From Patescibacteria group bacterium (GTDB lineage Bacteria; Patescibacteriota; JACMRA01): a stretch of DNA of 58,147 nucleotides. The position numbers and the translations under genes were made by a program. The stretch is from positions 1-58,147 of the forward strand of contig JBCDGH010000002.1 of NCBI GenBank assembly GCA_038751365.1, in the 5' to 3' direction. Of the stretch, positions 10,004 through 18,366 are shown piece by piece (position 1 is the stretch's first letter; each line of letters starts with the position of its first letter). The notes under the pieces are model-generated. The model searched no databases. It was not told where the DNA came from and saw only the letters and a list, made by a program, of their open reading frames with translations.

Positions 10004-10968
10004 TACCTTTGCTTCTTTATAATATACAACGGTCTATTAATAACCTCTCTTTGAATGTTGGCAATATATTTACTCAATAACCATAAAGAAATTAAGACTA
10101 AACTCGTTAAAAAAGTATTAAAGATGGAAAGTTTGGCACCGCTTGTAACAGCAAGATCGAAAGGATCGTTAAGGACTTGAAACACCAATAATACAAACCC
10201 AACTACAGCTGAAATAAAAAAACTAAAACTACCTATTACACCAATCAAATCCATGGGCAAAAAGCTGTGATTAATTACACTGTTAATAGCCAGCTTAACT
10301 CTCTTTGAGAAAGAGTAAGAAGGCATACCATATTTCCTGGGTTTTTCCTGATACTTAATATACACTTTTTTAAAACCTAACCAGTCTATTAAGAACCTGG
10401 TAATTCTACCTCTTTCAGTAAACTTCACAAACTCATCGATCACATGCCTATCTAGCAATCTATAGTCTAAGGCACCACTAACTACTTCTACAGAGGCTAT
10501 TTTTTGCATAATGAAATAAAAAGCTGAAGAACCTAGTCTATCAACGATATTGTTCGTCTTTTTACTATCTCTAACCCCAATTACAATATCCCCACCTACC
10601 TCCCAAGAGTCAATAAATTCAGCCAGTTTTTCGATTGGATACTGCATATCAGCGTCAAACATGATAGCAGCACTCCCACTACAACAATTTAAGCCAGCAG
10701 TGATAGCTATTTCTTTACCAAAGTTTTTTGAGAGTTCAAGTGGAATAATTTTTAAGTATTTAGAACTACTTAGTTTTTTAATCTCTTTAATAGTTTGATC
10801 TAAGCTACCGTCATCTATATACACTATTTCAAAATTATATGATTTCAGAAGACCACTATCATTAAGGTAATCTAAAATACTATGATAAGAGTGTGCAATA
10901 TTACCAGCCTCATTAAAACAAGGAATTAAGATTGAAATTAACTTTTTACTCTTTGGTACTTCTTGCAT
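10003..10968 (-). CDS. polyprenol-phosphate glycosyltransferase (GT2, DPM1/ArnC/GtrB-like) with C-terminal TM helices
   Basis: ISILIPCFNEAGNI, YIDDGSLDQT, FDADMQYP, then two C-terminal hydrophobic helices. This architecture is typical of lipid-carrier-charging GT2 enzymes. Its stop overlaps the start of the next gene by 1 nt. Confidence 0.8.
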   Translation of the reverse strand: MQEVPKSKKLISILIPCFNEAGNIAHSYHSILDYLNDSGLLKSYNFEIVYIDDGSLDQTIKEIKKLSSSKYLKIIPLELSKNFGKEIAITAGLNCCSGSAAIMFDADMQYPIEKLAEFIDSWEVGGDIVIGVRDSKKTNNIVDRLGSSAFYFIMQKIASVEVVSGALDYRLLDRHVIDEFVKFTERGRITRFLIDWLGFKKVYIKYQEKPRKYGMPSYSFSKRVKLAINSVINHSFLPMDLIGVIGSFSFFISAVVGFVLLVFQVLNDPFDLAVTSGAKLSIFNTFLTSLVLISLWLLSKYIANIQREVINRPLYIIKKQR

Positions 10969-11094
10969 AGCACTATACTATATATTTTTTTTGGCGTTTT
11001 TTACTTTGACAGTTGACGATTCTAGCTGTATTTAGTGCTTTAGTCAAACATTTTTTACCACTATTATATTTGCTGAAACCGAGACCAAATCATT

Positions 11095-11622
11095 TTATGA
11101 AGAGAGAATTTTCAACATCTTTTCAGCTCTACTTGCTACCGACTTGCGTTGGCTATCTACAAATTTTTTAAGTCTAGGAACTAACCAAGATTGTAGTTCT
11201 GAATCAGCCCTTGCCCATTTAGACAGAGTTTCTATGGTTGTATTCTGCACTATCCAATCATTTGAATTGTCTAAATTGTTTTTCATTATTTCAACGGCTT
11301 TTTTTCTTTGGGATTTTGATATACTACCTTACAACATCAAAAATAGTTGTGACAAAGTCCACTGCGTAGAAGCCTGCTCAATTTTGCTTATGTCATTGAA
11401 CAATCTATATATATAAGGTATTAACCAGGTTGGTTGTTGTTTACATACTCTCTTTATGGCGTTACTTACCCTTAGTCTAACGACCTCATCGCCAGAAAAA
11501 TAGCATTGAAACAAACCCTCCAATAAATTCTGATCTGCTAAAACAGCTTCAACCACCTCCACTGTACTACCCAAGGAGTTAGGGTGACCGCCAGAAAGCT
11601 TTTGCTCAAATTTGTTTATCAT
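11095..11622 (-). pseudogene. HEAT-like repeat protein (DNA alkylation repair-like family) interrupted by one in-frame TAA
   Basis: Track ORFs 11329..11622 and 11095..11286 are in the same frame. They are separated only by a TAA at 11329..11331 (plus strand tta) and 14 open codons (GSISKSQRKKAVEI). The joined product reads as one protein: GGHPNSLGSTVEVVE...VRLRVSNAIKRV...QWTLSQLF...DWIVQNTTIETLSKWA...RKSVASRAEK. Confidence 0.6.
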
Positions 11623-11728
11623 ATTTTAACATTATTTTTTAATAAGAAAGTTTAGCATGGAGAAAATAGTAGGTCAACAAGCTGAGTTCTAAGGTTTGAC
11701 ATAAAATCCTGCATCCTGAACTATGTAA

Positions 11729-13972
11729 TTGACTATGTCATTAGAGATTACAGAAGCTCATATAGAGCTTTTACAGAAGCTGAACGACCGGCAGAAAGAG
11801 GCTGTGCAATCTACTACCAACGCCACCCTAGTTATTGCAGGAGCAGGTAGCGGAAAAACTGCAGTCCTTACTAGAAGAGTAGCCTATCTAATTGCCAATG
11901 GGATCACACCCGGAAATATCTTGTGTCTCACATTTACCAATAAAGCAGCAGGAGAAATGAATAAAAGAGTTCGATCTATTCTAGATGACATTGGCGTAGA
12001 TTTACCTTTTATACCATTATGGAGAGAAGATTATTTACAAAACCCTTTACTCTGCACCTTTCACTCTTTAGGTGTGCGACTTTTGCGTGAGTTTGGAGAC
12101 AAAATCGACTTAAAAAAAGAGTTTACAATATTAGACAGTGACGATCAGAAAAAAATTATTAGACAGATTTTGAAAGAAATGAATGTTAGTGAAAAGACCC
12201 TGCAGCCTAGCCTTGCTAGCTATTTTATTTCACAATGCAAACAACAACTCCTATCGTCTGACCAAAGTAGAAAAGTAGACAAAGAGTTCTTACCTGTATT
12301 TCACCAAGTATACCAAAAATATGAAGCCAGATTGAAAACTAACCATAATGTAGATTTTGACGATCTCTTATTACTACCTTATCAGATTCTGAGAGATAAT
12401 CAAGATGTCCTAGAAGTATTGAGAAGTCGCTGGACTCATATAATGATAGACGAGTTTCAAGATACTAACCAGGCTCAGTTCGAAATAACCAAGCTATTAT
12501 GCCCCGTAGATCTACTTGAATCAGATACAACTAGATCCTTATTTGTTGTTGGTGATGACGCCCAAAGTATCTACGCATTTAGAGGCTCAAGAATCGAAAT
12601 CATTCTAAATTTTCACGAAGATTATCCGTCTAGTAAAGAAATAGTACTGAATCAGAATTATAGATCAACCCAACCAATTCTAGACCTAGCGGAGAGAGTA
12701 TTATCGCACAATCCCAAACAAAAGAAAAAAGAGTTATTCACTCAAAATCCAGATAAAATTGAAGTATCCTATTGCCTTGCCAAAAACGAGCGTGATGAAG
12801 CTGAGTATATTCTTAAGCAAATTTACCAGCATTATGTAAATGACCAACAAGTGGATATTAACATTCCAGTTAGCAAGAGCAATGAAATCACTTTAGAACC
12901 TGAAGATTTTTTCGATAACCCTAACATGTTTCAGCCTAAAGAGAAGCCAGCCTATCAAGATAACTCAAATAGCTCAGACCCTATATCTTCGATGTTTGAT
13001 GTCTACCTAGATACTGAGGAATTTGCTCCAACAAGTAGTATTTCTAGTTATCAACCTAATAGTTGGAGAGTGCCTACGTACGATTGGAGTAAAATAAAAA
13101 AACTTAACGAATGTGTTGTTCTATATCGTACCCACAGTCAAAGCCGATCTCTAGAAGAGACTTTTTTGAAATATCACTTGCCTTATAGACTTGTTTCTGG
13201 CACTAGATTTTTGGATCGCAAAGAAATACGGGATGTAATTTCAATTTTAAGATTTTTAGCAAATGGTAGTGACACACATAGCTTGAGTAGGTTTTTACCA
13301 TTAATTCTTGAAGGGGTCGGACCAAAAACTTTAGAGAAAATTCTAGCTTATTTAGAAGATTTTGAATACCCTCTAGCGCCCAAACACCAGAGTCAGGTAC
13401 TGGAACTAATGTCTAAAATGCAAAGTAGCTGGCAAAATCACGATAATCTTATCGATATGACAAAGGACTTACTGGTAACCACTGGTTACTTCAGGTATCT
13501 TAAAAGTGAGTATCCGAATAAAGATGAATTGGAAAACAGGTTAGAAAATATTGGAGAAATATATTCCTTAATGTACCCATTTGATGAAGAAAAAGATACT
13601 CCACTAAAAGAAAAGTTGAACCAATTCTTAACTCAAATCTCACTAATGAGTCAATTAGACGACGATAGCGAAAAAGACAAAACACCAAAACTAAATCTTA
13701 TGAGTTTACACCAGAGCAAGGGCTTAGAGTTTGAAACAGTTTTCTTAGTTGGTATTGAGGATGGCCTACTACCGCACTCCAATAGCTTTTACGAAACAAA
13801 TGGTTTAGAGGAAGAAGTCAGGCTAGCTTATGTAGGAGTAACTAGAGCTAAGAAATATCTACACCTTACCTCTGCAGACTCTCGAATTCAGTTTGGGCAA
13901 ATCAAAGCTAATCCAGTGAGTCGTATCTTTAGACCTTTTTTGGACACTTACGCTAAGCGCAGAAGAAACTAA
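11729..13972 (+). CDS. uvrD: UvrD/PcrA/Rep-family superfamily 1 DNA helicase
   Basis: AGAGSGKT (Walker A), DEFQDTN (motif II), QNYRST, VGVTRAK, and LHQSKGLEF. The track start is TTG at 11729, with an ATG at 11735. Confidence 0.9.
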   Translation: MTMSLEITEAHIELLQKLNDRQKEAVQSTTNATLVIAGAGSGKTAVLTRRVAYLIANGITPGNILCLTFTNKAAGEMNKRVRSILDDIGVDLPFIPLWREDYLQNPLLCTFHSLGVRLLREFGDKIDLKKEFTILDSDDQKKIIRQILKEMNVSEKTLQPSLASYFISQCKQQLLSSDQSRKVDKEFLPVFHQVYQKYEARLKTNHNVDFDDLLLLPYQILRDNQDVLEVLRSRWTHIMIDEFQDTNQAQFEITKLLCPVDLLESDTTRSLFVVGDDAQSIYAFRGSRIEIILNFHEDYPSSKEIVLNQNYRSTQPILDLAERVLSHNPKQKKKELFTQNPDKIEVSYCLAKNERDEAEYILKQIYQHYVNDQQVDINIPVSKSNEITLEPEDFFDNPNMFQPKEKPAYQDNSNSSDPISSMFDVYLDTEEFAPTSSISSYQPNSWRVPTYDWSKIKKLNECVVLYRTHSQSRSLEETFLKYHLPYRLVSGTRFLDRKEIRDVISILRFLANGSDTHSLSRFLPLILEGVGPKTLEKILAYLEDFEYPLAPKHQSQVLELMSKMQSSWQNHDNLIDMTKDLLVTTGYFRYLKSEYPNKDELENRLENIGEIYSLMYPFDEEKDTPLKEKLNQFLTQISLMSQLDDDSEKDKTPKLNLMSLHQSKGLEFETVFLVGIEDGLLPHSNSFYETNGLEEEVRLAYVGVTRAKKYLHLTSADSRIQFGQIKANPVSRIFRPFLDTYAKRRRN

Positions 13973-14446
13973 CTATCTAGTATGATCTGATTTAGACTTA
14001 TCTAAAGTCTGATGTATCTGATTAAGCAATTCTTTAACTTCACTAAACTCCGCGCGCAGCTTAACTATATCTGCTAATTTGTGAGAAGTATCAGAAGCCT
14101 GACCACTAGGCTTTACTATTTGCTCTCCATTCTCATCAATTACAACTTCACCTATGTCTTCTACGTCTTCTTGAATGTCTTCTACGTCTTCCTGTATTTC
14201 TTCCACATCTTCTTGAATGTCTAAAATACTTGCGTTACTCTTATTGACTGACATCTGAATAAAAATAGCTAAATAAATCGCTTCTAAAGAAACCGCAGTA
14301 GTAAGAATAAGTAAGATACTGTCGACATCCACACCAAATACAGCTAGACCAAATATTCCTATAAAAAAAAGAGTATGTAATATAATAGAGGCAGAAGTGC
14401 CTACCCATTTAGTAATCCTAAAAGTCAAATCTTCAAAATAATTCAT
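13973..14446 (-). CDS. small membrane protein (DUF1003-like) with acidic heptad-repeat tail
   Basis: Two N-terminal TM helices with SLEAIYLAIFIQMS, then a repeated IQEDVE(E/D) segment and a coiled-coil-like C-terminus. Confidence 0.55.
   Translation of the reverse strand: MNYFEDLTFRITKWVGTSASIILHTLFFIGIFGLAVFGVDVDSILLILTTAVSLEAIYLAIFIQMSVNKSNASILDIQEDVEEIQEDVEDIQEDVEDIGEVVIDENGEQIVKPSGQASDTSHKLADIVKLRAEFSEVKELLNQIHQTLDKSKSDHTR
14154..14222. repeat. 3.3 copies of an imperfect 21-nt tandem repeat (coding, inside CDS 13973..14446)
   Basis: Units are atgtcttctacgtcttcttga (14154-14174), atgtcttctacgtcttcctgt (14175-14195), atttcttccacatcttcttga (14196-14216), and then atgtct. On the minus strand they encode repeated DIQEDVE heptads. 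Confidence 0.85.
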
Positions 14447-14502
14447 ATGAACGCCAAAATAAACTCCTAATCTATGAGGAGGTAAAAAATATAAAAATTT
14501 AT

Positions 14503-14579
14503 TGGTAGCGGTGAGTGGGATCGAACCTCTGACCTCGGGCTTATGAGTCCCGCGCTCTAACCAACTGAGCTACACCGCC
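14503..14579 (-). tRNA. tRNA with CAU anticodon (Met or lysidine-dependent Ile2), CCA encoded
   Basis: The reverse complement folds as GGCGGTG-TA-GCTC-AGTTGGTTA-GAGC-G-CGGGA-CTCATAA-GCCCG-AGGTC-AGAGG-TTCGATC-CCACT-CACCGCT-ACCA. It has the GTTCGATC T-loop and anticodon loop CT-CAT-AA. There is a G1.U72 wobble, an A31/G39 mismatch and an A51/A63 mismatch. Confidence 0.85.
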
Positions 14580-14697
14580 AGAGTACAACATTGAATACTG
14601 ATACTGTAAATGAGCTCAAATTACAGTATCTTGTCAAGAGTCAATTTTAGAAATTTTCACTAAAAAGATTTTGTAATGCACTTAATTTTTGGTTAAT

Positions 14698-14729
14698 ACC
14701 ACCCAGCTTAACTATCAGGGGTGGTTTTT
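14698..14729 (+). terminator. GC-rich hairpin plus T5, plus-strand orientation, no plus-strand gene upstream
   Basis: accaccc (14698-14704) pairs with gggtggt (14719-14725) and is followed by a T run to 14729. It lies 15 nt downstream of the minus-strand gene 14744..15268, but in that orientation there is no T tract. Confidence 0.3.
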
Positions 14730-14743
14730 AGTGTTTATACGTT

Positions 14744-15268
14744 TTATTCTTGCTCAGTTTCTGCACTTACTTCTTCAGATTTCTCTACCCTAGTCATACT
14801 CATTATAATGTAGTCTGGTTCAGCGCTATACCTATGAATTGTAACTTTAACACCTTCTGATTCTATATTAAAAGACATTCCAGTCTCTTCAATTATTTGA
14901 TAATTTCCTCTAAAAGTTTCACCGTTTTTAGTCATCCATATCACTGGGATATTATTATCATTGCGATAGTACTTTACAGCATATTCAATTAAAAATCTTT
15001 CTACCTCCCCAGAGGATATTTTTCGACAATTAGCACCAGAATTACTTAAACAAGCATCTCCTAAATTATTGATCTCAGATTCAAGACTAGTATTTTTACT
15101 TTCTAGCTCATTTATTTTAGCTTTGTAATCTTTTACAGTCCAAACGTCGTTGGGAGTAATACCATTCAAAAACAAAACTCCAAGGAGAAGCAAACAAATA
15201 AGAATTGCAAATACGGTCAAAAAGATAATATCGTTTAAATATTTAATTGGGCTAGGATTGTTTGACAT
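14744..15268 (-). CDS. hypothetical membrane-anchored protein, 174 aa
   Basis: N-terminal TM helix (IIFLTVFAILICLLLLGVLFL), a short coiled coil (KAKINELESKNTSLESEINNL), then a globular C-terminal domain. No family recognised. Confidence 0.5.
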   Translation of the reverse strand: MSNNPSPIKYLNDIIFLTVFAILICLLLLGVLFLNGITPNDVWTVKDYKAKINELESKNTSLESEINNLGDACLSNSGANCRKISSGEVERFLIEYAVKYYRNDNNIPVIWMTKNGETFRGNYQIIEETGMSFNIESEGVKVTIHRYSAEPDYIIMSMTRVEKSEEVSAETEQE

Positions 15269-15458
15269 ACGTTACAAATTTAACTTGCAAGATCAGTGAT
15301 AGATTCAGCAAAATTAGTCAACTTAAGGTGAGTGATAATTTTTATACACATCACAATTCCAAAAAAGGAAAAGCCTATGAAACCTTGACAAAACCTTGAT
15401 ATTTCAGGAATCTTTATTTTAATTAATTTAAATATTAACCACTATCAAATACAACTAT

Positions 15459-17570
15459 ATGCCTAGATCTAGACCTATCCAAAAAGTAAGAAACTTTGGA
15501 ATCATAGCTCATATTGACGCTGGTAAAACTACTTTTACTGAGCGAATACTACTCTACACCGGTAGAACTCACAAGATTGGTGAGGTCCACGAAGGAGAAG
15601 CTACAATGGACTGGATGCAACAAGAAAGAGAAAGAGGTATTACCATTACTGCAGCAGCCACTACCTGTTTCTGGAATGCACCTATCTGGGTCTATGAAGG
15701 CGATAAAGACGTAACTACCAGATTCAATATAATTGATACCCCTGGTCACGTCGACTTCACTATTGAGGTCGAAAGAAGCTTGAGAGTCCTTGACGGAGCA
15801 ATCACCGTATTTGATGGAGTAGCAGGAGTAGAGTCACAATCAGAAACTGTATGGAGGCAAGCAGAAAAATATACAGTTCCAAGGATGTGCTACATCAACA
15901 AGCTTGATCGCACTGGAGCTGACTTCTTTTATGATGTTAAGTCTATAGAAGATCGTCTTACCGACAATGGTCTAGTTATGCAACTTCCAGTAGGCAAAGA
16001 GGACGGATTTAGAGGTATTATAGACCTTCTAACCGAAAAAGCCTACATTTATTATGACGATATAGGTAAAGATATCCGAGAAGAGAGTATTCCTGAAGAC
16101 ATGGTAGAGCTAGTCAAGGAATACAGATCTAAGTTGATCGAAAAAGTCGCCGAAAATGATGATATCTTGATGGAAAAATACTTAGAAGGTCAAGATATAA
16201 GTATCATCGAACTCAAAAAGGCAATCCGTAAAGGCACTATCGACTGTGCTTTACACCCTATTTTCTGTGGCTCAGCCCTCAAGAATAAAGGTGTCCAAAT
16301 GGTTCTAGACGCTGTAACAGAATACTTGCCATCACCAATTGATATTCCAGCTAATACAGGTCATGACGTAGATGATGAAAGCAAAAGCTTAGAAATAAAA
16401 GCCGAAGATAACGCACCTTTTGCTGCACTAGCATTTAAGCTATCTTCTGATCAATTTGGTACTTTAACCTTCTTCAGAGTTTATGCCGGAGTAATCAAAA
16501 AAGGTGAAGAAATTTATAATCCACGCACTCGAAAAACTGAAAGAGCAGGCAGAATAGTTCTACTACACTCAAATACCCGAGAAGACGTTGAAGAAGTATA
16601 TGCCGGAGAGATAGCTGCCTTTGTGGGTCTAAAGGATATGCGAACTGGGGATACTTTGTGCACTAAAGCCAAGCCAATATTGCTTGAATCTATTAATTTC
16701 CCCGACCCTGTAATATCACTAGCTGTAGAACCTAAGACCAAACAAGATCAAGAGAAGATGGGTATAGCTCTAGCCAAATTAACTTCCGAAGATCCTTCTT
16801 TGAGAGTTAGTACAAACGAAGAAACAGGACAAACTATCTTATCTGGAATGGGTGAGCTTCATCTGGACATCATTGTAGATAGAATGAAGAGGGAGTACAA
16901 AGTAGATACTAACGTCGGAGCTCCTCAAGTAGCTTATAAAGAAGCAATTAGAAAGCCGGTAGAAGCTGAAGGAAAGTTTGTAAGGCAGTCTGGAGGTAGA
17001 GGACAGTACGGACACTGCTGGTTAAGGATTACCCCGCTCGAAAGAGGAGATGGTTTTGCCTTTGAAAATAAAATTGTAGGCGGTGCCATACCTAAAGAGT
17101 TTATCCCTGCAATTGGGAAAGGTTGCGAGGAAGTTTGCCAGAATGGAGCTTTAGCTGGATACCCAGTAATCGACGTTAAAGTAGAAGTTTATGACGGTTC
17201 TTACCATGATGTAGACTCTTCAGAAATGGCCTTCAAGCAAGCTGGAAGCATCGGAATGAAAGCTGGTATCTTGGATGCAAACCCAGTACTACTTGAACCA
17301 GTAATGAAGGTAGAAGTTACTGTACCTGACGACTATATGGGTGACGTCATTGGAGATTTAAACTCCAGAAGAGGTCAAATTCTTGGAAGTGAAAAAAGAG
17401 GTAAAGGAACTGTAATTAAAGCCGATGTTCCATTAGAAAATCTATTTGGTTATATCTCAAATCTTAGAGGAAATACTAAGGGTCAAGGTACAGCAAGTAT
17501 GGAGTTTGGCTACTATGCGGAAGTGCCTAGGAACATTCAGGAGAAAATCGTTGAAGCCAGAGCTAAGTAG
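15459..17570 (+). CDS. fusA: translation elongation factor G
   Basis: [63 protein letters not shown] and [10 protein letters not shown]. Collinear with EF-G over its full length. Confidence 0.95.
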   Translation: MPRSRPIQKVRNFGIIAHIDAGKTTFTERILLYTGRTHKIGEVHEGEATMDWMQQERERGITITAAATTCFWNAPIWVYEGDKDVTTRFNIIDTPGHVDFTIEVERSLRVLDGAITVFDGVAGVESQSETVWRQAEKYTVPRMCYINKLDRTGADFFYDVKSIEDRLTDNGLVMQLPVGKEDGFRGIIDLLTEKAYIYYDDIGKDIREESIPEDMVELVKEYRSKLIEKVAENDDILMEKYLEGQDISIIELKKAIRKGTIDCALHPIFCGSALKNKGVQMVLDAVTEYLPSPIDIPANTGHDVDDESKSLEIKAEDNAPFAALAFKLSSDQFGTLTFFRVYAGVIKKGEEIYNPRTRKTERAGRIVLLHSNTREDVEEVYAGEIAAFVGLKDMRTGDTLCTKAKPILLESINFPDPVISLAVEPKTKQDQEKMGIALAKLTSEDPSLRVSTNEETGQTILSGMGELHLDIIVDRMKREYKVDTNVGAPQVAYKEAIRKPVEAEGKFVRQSGGRGQYGHCWLRITPLERGDGFAFENKIVGGAIPKEFIPAIGKGCEEVCQNGALAGYPVIDVKVEVYDGSYHDVDSSEMAFKQAGSIGMKAGILDANPVLLEPVMKVEVTVPDDYMGDVIGDLNSRRGQILGSEKRGKGTVIKADVPLENLFGYISNLRGNTKGQGTASMEFGYYAEVPRNIQEKIVEARAK

Positions 17571-17637
17571 GTTTTTTAGAAAAAAGTTTGAAACATAGAT
17601 AGTTCTACAATTAATCTTCCCTGTTTATATTTAAACG

Positions 17638-17678
17638 AAAAAAATTCCTTTAAACTAAAAGTACTTAGTAAAAAGGAA
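17638..17678 (-). terminator. rho-independent terminator of gene 17699..18190
   Basis: On the minus strand: TTCCTTT-tt-ACTAA-gtactt-TTAGT-tt-AAAGGAA followed by T7. On the plus strand this is the A7 at 17638-17644 and the hairpin at 17645-17678. Confidence 0.6.
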
Positions 17679-17698
17679 CACCTAGAAATTAAAGATAT

Positions 17699-18190
17699 CT
17701 AAAATTCTCTTGAAAACTCGATACTATTGACCGAGCAGAATTTAATTACTCTAGAAAGTGCCTCTGAATTTGATCCTATTGCAGATTTAAAAGTGAAATC
17801 TTTAGCGTACTGCAACTCGATGTAATCCCACGCCCTACTAGCCGAAGTAAAGCTATCTCTAGTAGTTTCATCCCAGCTGTTGAAAGCCTTAGACACTACA
17901 TCTGGCATCGTAGACCAAAAGTTTGGATTGAAAACCGCCGATAAATTGGGTTGTATTTTTGCTGAGAGGCCTTTTCGAAAGATTATTTGCTTAGGAAGAA
18001 AATATTCAGGGAAGTAAAAGCTTCTTTCACAATCTGCTAAACTATAATTGAGTATTAAGTATTCACTTTCTGGGACAGTGTTCTTCTCTGTCCTACTTAT
18101 AAAAACACTATTCACGAAATTGAACTTTGAGAATTTAACCTCATCTTGCACATTTATTGTAAGGTAAAACGATCTTTCAGTTACCATCAA
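17699..18190 (-). CDS. hypothetical protein, 163 aa
   Basis: Open frame followed by a good terminator. No recognisable motif. Confidence 0.4.
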   Translation of the reverse strand: MMVTERSFYLTINVQDEVKFSKFNFVNSVFISRTEKNTVPESEYLILNYSLADCERSFYFPEYFLPKQIIFRKGLSAKIQPNLSAVFNPNFWSTMPDVVSKAFNSWDETTRDSFTSASRAWDYIELQYAKDFTFKSAIGSNSEALSRVIKFCSVNSIEFSREF

Positions 18191-18366
18191 TTTTCTCCTA
18201 ATTGAAATGTAGCTTTTTTCAAGCTTTCAAAATAAAGCACAGTAATTTAATTATTGCAATACTAGCTAAATTATTAAAAGTTATTAGCAGTGAAAGTTAA
18301 GGATGAAGTCTGGTATGGTAAAAATATTAACTATGGCACTTAGAATCAAATTGACAAAGAATAACT

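Noticed and set aside
11144-11416. 90-aa plus-strand ORF across the HEAT-repeat pseudogene.
   Set aside because: It is antisense to a reading frame with recognisable family similarity on both sides of the TAA. The translation looks like a shadow frame.
14154-14222. Tandem 21-nt repeats as a possible CRISPR-like or satellite array.
   Set aside because: The copies are contiguous with no spacers, in frame, and encode an acidic heptad inside a CDS. No CRISPR array or cas gene is present anywhere in the window.
15459-17570. fusA standing alone rather than in an rpsL-rpsG-fusA-tuf operon, and a possible insertion after the G2 region.
   Set aside because: Compared with E. coli EF-G recalled from memory, the segment before NIIDTPGH differs by only about 4 residues. 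An isolated fusA is common in rearranged small genomes and is not informative by itself.
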